DNA from: Raja brachyura
Lineage: Eukaryota
Assembly (NCBI GenBank): GCA_963514005.1
Contig: OY740792.1
Span: 61,690,001 to 61,754,000, forward strand
Reading direction: 5' to 3'
DNA length: 64,000 nt
The notes under the pieces are model-generated. The model worked only from the letters and a program-made list of their open reading frames with translations, did no database searches and had not been told where the DNA came from. Each line of letters opens with the position of its first letter. Position 1 is the stretch's first letter. Below, in pieces: positions 36,828 through 49,004 of the stretch. A program made the translations under genes and the position numbers.

Positions 36828-37889
36828 TTCTATCATTCCAACAACTACAACTCAAATACGACCTGAGAAGTAATCAAGATTTTAAATATCTTCAAATACG
36901 TGATTATTTGAAAAAACATACGCAAGAAAACCAAACTGACTCCAGACCTATTAGATGAAGCTATGAACTAAAAGGCGGACTCAACTAACTTGTATAATAT
37001 CATCCTAAATATAGAAATACCATCATCTGATAGAATTAGAAGAGATTGGGAACAAGAACTACCTATAAAAATCTCGAAAGAGAATTGGGATAAATACTTG
37101 CTATATGTGCATAAATGCTCGATCAATGTAAGACATACTTTAATCCAATTCAAAATCCTACATAGATTATATTATTCGAAAAGTAAACTAAATAAAATCT
37201 TTCCAATATTTAAACGGTATAAAATAAAAGATAAATAAAATTTAAAAAATAAGTGAAAAGACAGACAGCTGCAGGACAGGCAGCCATACAGGACGGCGCC
37301 CCCCTACAGGGCAAGTACAGGCCTTTAAAATGCCTCCAACATATCTTTCTCAACCTCCAGCCCTCCAGGCACCCACCGCCCTCTGTGTGAAAAACCTGCC
37401 TCACAAATCTCCTTTAAACTTTGCCCCTTTCACTTTAAAGCTACGCCCACTGATATTTGATTTATCCATCCTGGGACAAGAGGTTGTGACTGTCTTCACA
37501 AACTCTGCCCCTCATAATGTTCTAGACTTCTATCGCGGCTCCTCTAAACCTCTGGGCAATGCAGAGAAAACAAACAGTGCGACCTCTCCCTGTAGCTAAT
37601 CCCAGCCAATGTAGGCGTTATTCTGGTCAACATTCTATGCATTCTCTCTAATCCTCCACATCCTTCCTGTAATGGAGCGACCAGAACTGCACGCAATACT
37701 CAGCTGAACTATGGTCCTATAAAGCTGTAAAGATCTTCCTGCCATGTACCATCATGTGTTCTTTACTCTCTCACCGGTGAAATAGCCATAGAGTCACACA
37801 GCACAGACACAGGCCCTTTGGCCCAACTTGCCCATGCTGCCCATGGTGCCCCATCTACACTAGTCCCACCTGCCTACGTTTGGTTCATA

Positions 37890-38890
37890 TCATAGAGTGA
37901 TGCAGTGATACAGCATGGAAACAGGCCCTTCGGCCCACACCAGCCAACATGTCCCAGCTATACTAGTCCCATCTGCCCACGTTTGGTCCATATCTCTCCA
38001 AACCTGTCCTATCCCTGTACCTGTCTAACTGTTTCTTAAACGTTGGGATAGTTCCTCCTCTGGCAGCTTGTTCCATACACCCACCACCCTTTGTGTGAAA
38101 ACGTTACCCCTCAGATCCCTATTAAATCTTTTCCCCTTCACCTTAAACCTATATCCTCTGGTCCTCGATTCCCCTACTCTGGGCAAGAGACTCTGTGCAT
38201 CTACCCAATCTATTCCTCTCATGATCTTATACACCTCTATAAGATCACCCGTCATCATCCTGCGCTCCAAGGAATAGTCCCAGCCTACTCAACCTCCCTA
38301 TAGCTCACACACTCTAGTCCTAGCAACATCCTCATAAATCTTCTATGTACCCTTTCCAGCTTAACGACATCTTTCCTATAACATGATGCCCACAACTGAA
38401 CACAATACTCTAAATGCGGCCTCACTGCAATACAATACAATGCAATACTGTAACGTGGCCTCCCAACTTCTATACTCAATACACTGATGGATTTATGAAG
38501 GCCAATGTACCAAAAGCCTTTTTGACCACCTGTGGCACCACCTTAAAGGAACCATGCACCTACACTCCTAGATCCCTCTGCTCTACAACGCTCCCCAGAG
38601 GCCTACCATTCACTGTGTTTGTCCTGCCCACGTTAGACTTCCCAAAATGCAACACCTCACCCTTTTCTGTATTAAATTCCATCAACCATTCCTCCGCCCA
38701 CCTGGCCAATCGATCAAGACCCTGCTGGAATTTTTCACAACCATCTTCACTATCTGTCAAACTACCAACTTTTGTATAATTTGTATAATTTGCAAACTTG
38801 CTAATCTTGCCCTGTATGTTCTCATCCAAATCATTGATGTAGATGACAAAGAGTAACGGGCCCAGCACCGAACCCTGAGGCACACCATAT
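37890..38890 (-). mobile_element. CR1 RT/3' fragment
   Basis: GVPQGSVLGPLLFVIYINDLD..ISKFA; RPHLEYCVQ; DLIEVYKIMRG. Confidence 0.85.
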
Positions 38891-38924
38891 CCTTTCCTAT
38901 CCCTGTCCAAATGTGAAAAATATA

Positions 38925-39250
38925 CATCTTCTAGATGCGCTGGGACGCATCCTCAGTGATGTGACCTGGGGTCATCTGGTGTTTCGGGACTCACAACATC
39001 AGACACCCTCGCCCAGGCGACCCAACCGGGGTTGATCAGGCCCCGACTTGCGTCCCAGCAGCAACCGCCCACGGATCAGCCATCTTAATAACTACTCTGC
39101 AGGGGTTGGGAGACTCTAGTGCGTGGAGGGACTGGGCTCTGTGGGGTGACTCGTGGCCGGGCTCCTCCAGCGTCTCACCAGGTTCAAGGCCTGTGCGTGC
39201 GCTGCACCTCTTTCTCCTTCTCCGAGCATTTCATTCTCGCCTGATGGATG
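38925..39250 (-). mobile_element. Internally deleted Hero-like (RLE) non-LTR remnant
   Basis: HQARMKC...PGETLEEPGHESPHRAQSLH joined to gggtcgcctgggcgagggtgtctgatg...cccgaaacacc...catcactgaggatg; both recognised from memory as Hero-type N-terminus and 3' UTR. Confidence 0.5.
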
Positions 39251-40121
39251 TTTAGGCCATGGTGGTTCATTTTAATGTCTTTTAATTGTTGTTATGGTAC
39301 CTGCCTCAACGACCTCGTCTGGCAGCTCGTTCCATATACCCACCACCCTCTGTGTGAAGTGGTAGTCACAGTGAAAGAATACAAACCATGGGCCCCACTG
39401 TTAAAGCGGAGTGCACACTACTGTGTATCACCCCATCCGAGGGAGAGACAGTGCGCAGTTTGCTGCCGACCCCGTGCCCTCTGGCCCACACTCCCCTGCC
39501 CATGTGTTTGTCACCAATTTACACAATGGAACCTTTCTCTGCTCCATCATCACCAACGTCACATCCGCAGAGAAGCCGGCAGCATCGGACACAGGAGGCT
39601 GAGATGTGATCTTATCGAGGGGTATAAAGGGGGATAACTAGGGTGAATGCACAGTCTTGTACCCAGGGGAGGCAAATCAAGAACTAGCGGACATAGGTTT
39701 AATGTGAAGGGGGAAAGATTTAATAGGAATCTGAGGAGCAACTTTTTCACACAGAGGGTGGTGGGTGAATGGAACGAGTTGTCAGAGGTGGTCGTTGAGG
39801 CAAGTACCATAACATGATGTATCATTCACTGCAACCCCACAGAGGCTGCCTGACCCGCTGAGTTCTTCCAGCGTTCAGTTTTCATTCTAGATTCCAGCAT
39901 CTGCAGTTCCTTGTGCGTACGTGCTTGCAAATGGCTGGTGATATTTGCAGAGTTAGGTGAAGCAACTTGGAAACACTTTAACAAAAATAACCTTTATTGC
40001 CCAATGCCGAGAAAAAGTGTTCCTGGAGTGAGTTCAGCACAAACTAGGAGTGAGTTCAGCACAGTCACCACCAGGTGGCAGACTGTGGCAGCAACACTGG
40101 ATAAACCAGGAAAATGCAAGT

Positions 40122-40460
40122 TTAGATTAGTTTAGTTTAATTTAGAGATACAGCAAGGGAACAGGCCCTTCGGCCCACATAGTCCACGCCGATCTTTGAT
40201 CACCCATTCACAATAGTTCTATGCTATCCCACTTTCCCATCCACTCCCTACGCACTAGGGCCAATTTACAGAGGGCCAATTAACCTATAACCCCACACGT
40301 CTTTGGAGTGTGGGAGGAAACCAGAGGACCCGGAGAAAACCCACACAGTCGCAGAGAGAACGTGCAAACTCTGTACAAACAGCACTCGAGGTCAGGATGG
40401 AACCTGGGTTTCTGGTGCTGTGAGGCAGCAGCTCTACCTGCTGCGTCACCGTGCCGCACA
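40122..40460 (-). mobile_element. tRNA-derived SINE (HE1-like), full length
   Basis: Head ggcacggtgacgcagcaggtagagctgctgcctcacagc...ggttccatcc; (ctaaa)n tail. Confidence 0.82.
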
Positions 40461-41594
40461 ATATCCAACTTATAAAAGAAAACACAAAATACCCTGCAAT
40501 ATCAACAAGCTACCATCGTGCTTGCTTTCTCTAAGCCTTTGACAGCACACAAGATGGGAATCGATAGGGTGAGTGCACAGAATCTTTTACCCAGGGGATG
40601 TTTACTTCAGTTCAGTTTATTGGTACATGTAATGAGGTACAGTGAAAAGCATTTTGTTACGTGCTAACCAGTCAGTGTAAAGGCTATACAAGATTACAAT
40701 CGAGCCATCAACAGTGTACAGATACAGGATAAAGGGTTTAACGTTTATTGCAAGGTAAAATCCAGTATAGTCTGCTTAAATGTAGTGCAAGGGCCTCCAG
40801 TGTGGTAGATATCAGTTTAGAGGGATGTACAGTAGTGTGAATGCAGGAAAATGTGATTATTGCATGTTGGTCGGCATGGATAAGTTGGGCTGAAGGGCCT
40901 ATTTCCGTGCTGTATGACTGTAGGTGTGTCTGGTGCCTAGGAGTGGATTTAAATCTTTTAAAAATCTCCAGCAACCACATGCCAACGAAGGAGGGAAATA
41001 ATCTGGAAGGCCAGTTTAACCGGAAAAACCAGTGTCTCTGCAATATATCTGAATCTCAGGAATGGAAAGAATGTCAAAAACGCACTCAAGTAGAATGAGC
41101 TGTGTCCGTGTGGAATGACAGCTAAAAATAGAAGAGAAAAGTAGAAACAAGGAAACTGCAGACACTGGTTTACACGAAAAGGTACAGAGTGCTGGAGTTA
41201 CTCAGATGGTCAGGCTGAATGTCAAGCCCAGGCCTTATCCCCAGAGATGCTGCCTGTCCCGCTGAGTTACTCCAGCATTGTGCGTCTATCTTAAGTCAGG
41301 GACTAAACCTACTTCACCAAATTGAAAATGAAAGCTTGTTTCAGAAAAGTAGATCCATTCTCAGCTGAGTCCCACGGTTTAGCACCAGGATTCCCGATTA
41401 ACGAGTATCACTCGACCAACCCTTCACACCTTCACCCCACACCAGCCACATCATGTTGTCTAAGCATTATGAGTGCAGGCAAGATTGGCTCGGCTGAGAT
41501 GCAATGGGCCAATTACTCCAGAGCCAACATCAGGGGCAGGCCTGAGATGAAGGCGGAAAGGGAAAACAAAACTAGACACACCACAAATTAGATT

Positions 41595-41780
41595 GACACA
41601 AAAAACTGGATTAACTTAGCAGGACAGGCAGCATCACTGGAGAGAAGGAATGGGTGACGTTTCGGGTCAACACCCTTCTTCAGACAGACCGGTAAAAATC
41701 ACCCTTTCCTTCTCTCCAGAGATGCTGCCTGTCCCGCTGAGTTACTCCAGCATTTTGTGTCTATCTTCGGTTTAAGCCAG
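41595..41780. repeat. Inverted pair of Penelope terminal modules (hairpin)
   Basis: ~41595-41656 is complementary to ~41699-41760; hammerhead-like core on the minus strand at 41656-41683. Confidence 0.7.
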
Positions 41781-42334
41781 CATCTGCAGTTCCTTCTTAC
41801 ACACTCCATGAATCAGAGCCAGTTTATTCCTCTTCCGGCCTCCAAGGGGAATAGATGACAGGCTTGTGTTTCGACATTTAGTACCCAGTTCCAACTTCAT
41901 CTCCCCAAGAGCTACGCTGAATGCCCGAGCTGGATGCCTGCCCCTTTTCCGGGGTCACGGTACGTCCGCGCCCGGTTGGTACTGGAAAGGGACTACACGC
42001 TGTCCACGGGCGCCCTGTCCTGGGGGATTTCCAGGACCGCTGGGCACTGCGGGAGGTGGAATGTATCCTCAATAAGGATGGGGAAATAGTTATTTAATAT
42101 TCAAGAATATTTGTTTTGTTTTGTATTATGGTGGTGGGTTTTTCGATGTATTTTTGTAAATAATAATTTTTTTTAAATAGCTATGATAAAAAGCCTGGAA
42201 CTTTGCTTTGTTTTACAAACTGGTAACTTGGAAACGTTTCAGAAAAGATTGACCAGGATGTTACCTGAGCTTGTGGGCTTGAGTTAAAGGGGGAGGTTGG
42301 GCAGGCTCGGACTAATTGACGTGTGCAAGATCAT

Positions 42335-44715
42335 AGAATCGTAGAAACATAGAAAATAGGTGCAGGAGGAGGCCATTCGGCCCTTCGAGCCTACACCGCC
42401 ATTCAATATGATCATGGCTGATCATCCAACTCAGTATCCCGTACCTGCCTTCTCTCCATACCCCCTGATCCCTTTAGCCACAAGGGCCACATCTAACTCC
42501 CTGTTAAATACAGCCAATGGACTGGCCTCAACTACCTTCTGTGGCAGAGAATTCCACAGACTCACCACTCATCTCAGTCCTAAAAGACTTCCCCCTTATC
42601 CCTAAACTGTGACCTCTTGTTGTGGAGTTCCCCAGGATCGGGAACAATCTTCCTGCATCTAGCCTATCCAACCCCTTAAGAATTTTGTACGTTTCTATAA
42701 GATCACGACTACCGGCCAGTGGCACTCACCCCTGTCATCGCTAAGTGCTTTGAGCGGCTGATCCTGGCTCACCTCAAAGCCAGCCTCCCCCCCACACTGG
42801 ACTCCCACCAATTTGCCTACCGGTCAAACAGGTCTACAGAGGACGCCATATCGACGGCCCTACACTCTGCCCTGACCCACCTGGACAGCAACAACACCTA
42901 CATCAGGCTGCTGTTTATTGACTTCAGCTCTGCCTTTAACACTGTCATACCCGCTAGCTTGATCACCAAACTCAGCGGTCTTGGCATCTCCACCTCCCTC
43001 TGCAATTGGACACTGGATTTCCTCACTAACAGACCACAGTCTGTTAGGGTCAACAACCTCACCTCCTCCACTATAACACTGAACACCGGCGTGCCACAGG
43101 GCTGTGTGCTCAGCCCTCTCCTCTACTCCCTCTTCACCCATGACTGCATCCCCAAGTATGGCTCCAACGCCATCATAAAATTTGCCGATGACACCACGGT
43201 GGTAGGACTGATCAGTGATAATGACGAATCAGCCTACAGGGAGGAGGTCCAGCTCCTGGCCACCTGGTGTGCCAACAATAACCTCGTCCTCAACTCCCAG
43301 AAGACGAAGGAAATAATTGTTGACTTTCGGAAGAACAGAGGGGGCAGACACACCCCCATCCATATAAACGGGACTGAGGTGGAGCGGGTCTCCAACTACA
43401 AATTCCTCGGGGTACACATCTCGGAGGATCTGTCCTGGTCCCTCAACACCTCAAAGCTAATCAAAAAGGCACAGCAGCGCCTTTACTTTCTGAGGAGGCT
43501 CAAAAAAGCCCACCTGTCCCCCCAGATCCTGACGAACTTCTACCGCTGCACCATCGAAAGCATCCTGACCACCTGCTTTACGGTATGGTACAGCAGTTGC
43601 ACCGTGGCAGACAGGAAGGCACTACAACGGGTGGTGAAAACCGCCCAGTACATCATCGGTGCCCCGCTCCCTGCCTTGGATGCCCTCCACCGAAAACGGT
43701 GCCTGAAACGGGCCGGGAAGATCATCAAGGACCCCTCACACCCTAACCATGGACTGTTTGCCCTCCTCCCATCAGGGAGGCGGTACAGGAGCCTCAGGTC
43801 CCGCACCAGTAGGACGAAGAACAGCTTCTTCAACTACACCATCCGACTGCTGAACTCGGAGCCCAGCTGATAGACTTGTCTGTACCCTGTATTTATTTAT
43901 TTTCCATATTGATACCACTGCACTCTGTATTTATTTTTCTATATCGCTATCACTAAGAACGACGCTAAACTGCATTTCGTTGTACCTATACTTGTATTTG
44001 TGCAATGACATTAAACTTGAATTGAATTGAATCCCCCCTCAATCTCCTAAATTCAAGCGAGTACAAGCCGAGTCTATCCAGTCTTTCTACATATAGAGGT
44101 CCTGCCATGCCAGGAATCAGTCTGGTGAACCTTCTCTGTACTCCCTCTATGGCAATAATGTCTTTCCTCAGATTTGGAGACCAAAACTGCACGCAATACT
44201 CCAGGTGTGGCTTCACCAAAACCCTGTACAACTGCAGTAGAACCTCCCCGCTCTTGTACTCAAATCCTTTTGCTATGAATGCCAACATACCATTCACTTT
44301 CTTCACGGCCTGCTGCACCTGCATGCCTACTTTCAGTGACTGGTGTACCATGACACCCAGGTCTCGTTGCATCTCCCCTTTTCCTAATCGGCCACCATTC
44401 AGATAATAGTCTACCCTCCTGTTTTTGCCGCCAAAGTGGATAATCTCACATTTATCCACATTAAACTGCATCTGCCATGCATTTGCCCACACACCCAACC
44501 TATCCAAGTCACCTTGCAGCCTCCTAGCATCCTCGTCACAGCTAAAACTGCCCCCCAGCTTCGTGTCATCCGCAAACTTGGAGATGTTGCATTCAATTCC
44601 CTTGTCCAGATCATTAATATATATTGTAAATAGCTGGGGTCCCAGCACTAAGCCTTGCGGTATCCCACTAGTCACTGCCTGCCATTCTGAAAAGGACCCG
44701 TTTACTCCTACCCTT
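42335..44715 (-). mobile_element. CR1 (RT to tail) split by a Rex1-type insertion
   Basis: 44031-44715: VTSGIPQGLVLGPQLF, FADDTKL, to RRLRG; resumes as [11 protein letters not shown] below 42704. Confidence 0.88.
42705..44030 (+). mobile_element. Young Rex1/Babar-type element, 383-aa open RT fragment (42719-43870), (TTGAA)n tail
   Basis: [40 protein letters not shown]. Confidence 0.9.
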
Positions 44716-45069
44716 TGCAGGGGCACGGATAAAGTGAACGCGCACAATCTTTTCCCCAGGGTAGAAGATTCTAGAACTAGACGGCACAGGCTTAAGGTGA
44801 GGGGAGAGATTTAAGAGGGACCTCAGGGGCAACTTTTTCACTCATAGAGTCGTGCACATCTGGATTGAGCTGCCAGAGGAAACTATAGAACAGATGCAAT
44901 AACTACTTTTAAAAGACATTTGTACTGATGCATGGGCAGGAAGGGTTAGAGGGACATGGGGCAAATGCAGGCAAATGGGACTGGCCCAGAATGTCAATTT
45001 GATTGGCACAGACAGGTTGGGCAGAAGGGCCTGTTTCCTTGCTGTACAGTTCTCTGACTGTGACACTGA

Positions 45070-45376
45070 AACCCCTGTCCCACTGTACGAGGTAATTCAA
45101 GAGCTCTCCCGAGGTGAAAAAACAAACAAAAGTGTGGTAAGTACGTAGAATGTACGTAGCGGCGACGTCGGAGCTCGGGACATCTCTTAGCGGCTCGTAA
45201 CGCTAACGGCAGGTACCCGGGAAAGGCGGTAAACTCCTGAACTTTTTTCAGCACGGTGAAAAATGTCCACGAGAGCCCCGAGTACCTACGAACGGCTATT
45301 ACCGTAATTCCTTGAGTTCGAATCAGGGGAAACTCGGGAGAACTCTTGCATTACCTCGTACAGTGGGGCAGGGGCA
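45070..45376. mobile_element. PIF/Harbinger-type MITE
   Basis: ~43-bp imperfect TIR cccctgtcccactgtacgaggtaattcaagag..ctcccgag; flanks TGA/TAA. Confidence 0.75.
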
Positions 45377-45571
45377 TAAGTGTAGATAGTTACTCCAAAT
45401 TACAGTCAAGAGTGAAGAGTGTTTAATTGTCAAATGTACTGACATTGGAACAATGAAATTCTTACTTGCAGCAGCCGACACAAACATTCTGCTGGAACCC
45501 ACGTGCTGACCATTCCCTGCATGAGCAGCTGAATCATTTCTCTCCTCCAGCTTCAGGATGCCAGGGGTACA

Positions 45572-45635
45572 ATGAGGTTCCTGAGAACACCAGTGGCCGG
45601 CGTTAGTGTTGTTCTCTACATGTGTCTCACTGCAG
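45572..45635 (+). CDS. VJ-C1 receptor gene, leader exon
   Basis: MRFLRTPVAGVSVVLYMCLTA, CAG|gtgagt phase-1 donor; upstream acceptor tttctctcctccag at 45550 implies an earlier exon. Confidence 0.8.
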
Positions 45636-46182
45636 GTGAGTCTCGTTCACACCCAGCAACGTACTAGTGATCGCAGAAACTATGTATTATGTTCGTTCAG
45701 TTTATTATTGTCGTGTGTTAGGTACAGCAATAGGCCTTTGTGTGCTGTCCAGTCAAACAAAAGACTGTACATGGTTCCAATCAAACTGTCCACAGTGCAC
45801 AAAGGATAAAGGATGAAGTGTTCAACGTTTACTGCCAGATACAACTTGAGGTTAACGTTGATGAAACAGACAACAGTTGCGTCACCGTGCTGACACGCTG
45901 CGTTGCGTTAAACATTCACCGTACAAACCATGACGACAAACCCCCAACACCGCACGCATTCAACACTAATTGAGCTGAAGCATGTTCAAGGCCAGAAATA
46001 TGACCTCTGACTTTTTGTTTAATAGTTTAGTTTAGTTTTGTTTCGAGATACAACGTGGCCCTCCGAGCCCCCACATTTAAACACAGCTCAGTTCATGGTT
46101 TTGAAGTTAGTCCACAATAATGGAGCCAATTTTCACATAGAGATAAGGACCAGATGTATGTTGATGCTTTTACTGAAGGGTA

Positions 46183-48041
46183 CAGTGCTCTCCATAATGT
46201 TTGGGACAAAGACCTGTCATTTATATAATTTGCCTCTGTACTGCACAATTTGAGGTTTGTCATAGAAAAAAACACATGTGGTTAAAGTGCACATTGTCAG
46301 ATTTTATTAAAGGGTATTTTATACATTTTGGTTTCACCATGTAGAAATTACAGCTGTGTTTATACACAGTCTCCCCATTTCAGGGCACCATAATGTTTGG
46401 GACACGTGGCTTCACAGGTGTTTGTAATTGCTCAAGTGTGTTTAATTGCCTCCTTAATACAGGTATAAGAGAGCTCACACCTAGTCTTTCCTCCAGTCTC
46501 TCCAACACCTTTGGAATCTTTTATTGCTGTTTATCAACATGAGGACCAAAGTTGTGCCAATGAAAGTCAAAGAAGCCATTATGAGACTGAGAAACAAGAA
46601 TGAAATCAGCCAAACCTTACGCTTACCAAAATCAACTGTTTGCAACATCATTACGAAGAAAGAGGGCACTGGTGAGCTTACTAATTGCAAAGGGACTGGC
46701 TGGCCAAGGAAGACCTCCACAGCTGATGATAGAAGAATTCTCTCTCTAATAAAGAAAAATCCCCAAACACCTGTCCGACAGATCAGAAACACTCTTCAGG
46801 AGTCAGATGTGGATTTGTCAATGACCACTGTCCACAGAAGACTTCATGAACTAGAAATACAGAGGCCAAGAGCGGAACTCGCTATCAAAACATGGAGGGG
46901 CCGGGGGACAGGACACACACAATTTTTTGGCGGACATGCGCGCATGCGCACACTCACACACGCATGCCCGAGGCTTCGGAGGCTCAATCCAGCGCTAAAT
47001 GCAGCTCAACTCTGCCTGTCTCGCCGAGTTAACCTAGAGCCCTGACTGGACTGACGGGACGCCAGCGCTGCTTCTCCGAGCTGCCCATATTTGCCGCAAG
47101 CCCAGGCAGGTTCACTTAGCGGGACAGGCAAAGTGATCTGGGTTTAGTGCTGCTTCTCTGCGCTGGCTGTGGGCCTGGGGGTACAGCTCGCGTCTGACTC
47201 CCGATGAGACAAAGATTAACTTATATCAGAGTGATGGCAAGAGCAAAGTATGGAGGAGAGAAGGAACTGCCCAAGATCCAAAGCAAACCATCTCATCTGT
47301 GAAACACGATGGTGGGGGTGTTATGGCCTGGGCATGTATGGCTGCTGAAGGTACTGGCTCACTTATCTTCATTGATGATACAACTGCTGATGGTAGTAGC
47401 ATAATACATTCTGAAGTGTATAGACACATCCTATCTGCTCAAGTTCAAACAAATGCCTCCAAACTTATTGGCCGGCGGTTCATTCTTTTGCATAACAATG
47501 ACCCCAAACATACTGCTAAAGCAGCAAAGGAGTTTTTCAAAGCTAAAAAATGATCAGTTCTTGAGTGGCCAAGTCAATCACCCGATCTGAACCCAATTGA
47601 GCATGCCTTGTATACGCTGAAGAGAAAACTGAAGGGGACTAGCCCCCAAAACAAGCATAAGCTAAAGATGGCTGCAATACAGGCCTGGCAGAGCATCACC
47701 AGAGATGACACCCAGCAACTGGTGATGTCCATGAATCGCAGACTTAAAGCAGTCATTGCATGCAAAGGATATGCAACAAAATACTAAACATGACTACTTT
47801 CATTTACATGACATTGCTGTGTCCCAAACATTATGGTGCCCTGAAATGGGGGGACTACGTATAAACACTGCTGTAATTTCTACATGGTGAAACCAAAATG
47901 TATAAAAATAGCCATTATTAAAATCTGACAATGTGCACTTTAACCACATGTGATTTTTTCTATTACAAATCACAAAGTGTGGAGTACAGAGGCAAATAAA
48001 TAAATGATGGGCCTTTGTCCCAAACATTATGGAGGGCACTG
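46183..48041 (+). mobile_element. Tc1-family transposon with long IR/DR termini; transposase disrupted
   Basis: TA|CAGTG...CACTG|TA; ~220-bp TIRs each with inner and outer ccataatgtttgggaca repeats; paired-like HTH, DETKINL, NDPKH, SPDLNPIE; foreign insert at ~46865-47200. Confidence 0.92.
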
Positions 48042-48339
48042 TATCTGTGGTCAGGACAGAAGAGTGTGAGGAAGGGTCTTAACCCAAAACGTCACCCATT
48101 CCTTCTCTCCAGCTGAGTCCCGCTGAGTTACTCCAGCTTTTTGTGTCGACCCCAGAAGAGGAACCCTCTCCTCTTCTTCAAGAGCTGGGATCTGCTGTGA
48201 ACACAGTGAGGCCGTGGACAACTGCACACAACATGACTCCGGCAGTGAACACTGCACATATTTACACTGGTGTTTATTCAGATTAGCGCCACACACTCTC
48301 GTCTTCCACCAAACTACAAACGCAACGGTACGCTCAACA

Positions 48340-48602
48340 CGTCATATCCTCATATCTACATCATATCTCAGTACATCATATCCTCATATCTACATCATAA
48401 CCATCAAATATCAATACATTATATTTTCACATCTTCATCATATCTCAACACGTCATATCCTCATTATTACATCATATCGCAACAAGTCATATACTCATAT
48501 CTTCATCATATCTCAACAGGTCATATACTCATATCTTCATCATATCTCAATACATCATATCCTCATATCTACATCCTATCACAACACGTCATATCTTCAT
48601 TA
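48340..48602. repeat. Degenerate CATATC-rich tandem repeat just upstream of the V exon
   Basis: catatcctcatatctacatcatatctcaa variants repeated. Confidence 0.85.
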
Positions 48603-48644
48603 TACACTGGAGATTACAATCAGTTCATCTTCTTCCTTCCTCAG

Positions 48645-49004
48645 TGAAGAGCAAGACGGTGACTGTATCCCAGACACCAGAGATGGAGGTGCTGGTGGGG
48701 GATGTTGCTCGGATAAACTGTTCCTACAGCAGTGGAGACGGGGATCAGATGAGGATTGTGTGGACGAGGAACTCCAGTGCATGGCCATTGTGTCAGCGTA
48801 TGGAAAATAAACACAGCTCCGGTTTGCTTCAGCCCTGTCCAAGCGGTTTTAATGTTACTCTGGACCTCTCGACCAACTCCTCATCTTTAATCATCTATAA
48901 CGTTCACCTGAATGACTCTGACGTATACTTTTGTCAATTGTCTGTTGAAATACCTCCCCCGATGTTGACAGCAACAGGAGAAGGTACAAGGCTGACAGTG
49001 AATG
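48645..49004 (+). CDS. VJ-C1 receptor gene, germline-joined VJ-type IgV exon (TMIGD2/CD28H-like)
   Basis: cttccttcctcag|TG, G|gtgagt, 360 bp, phase 1-1; VSQTP..INC..W..DSDVYFC..GEGTRLTV; extra LCQ...PC cysteine pair and VEIP motif as in CD28H (recalled). Confidence 0.9.

Larger units (their letters stand above)
36365..37210 (+). mobile_element. Degenerate L1 ORF2 C-terminal fragment
   Basis: HKCSINVRHTLIQFKILHRLYYSKSKLNKIFP parallels the L1 ORF2 C-terminus. Confidence 0.8.

Noticed and set aside
38975-39010. Hammerhead-like CUGAUG...GAAAC on the minus strand
   Set aside because: Core lacks the conserved GA (CUGAUGU) and has no stem I; better explained as LINE 3' UTR.
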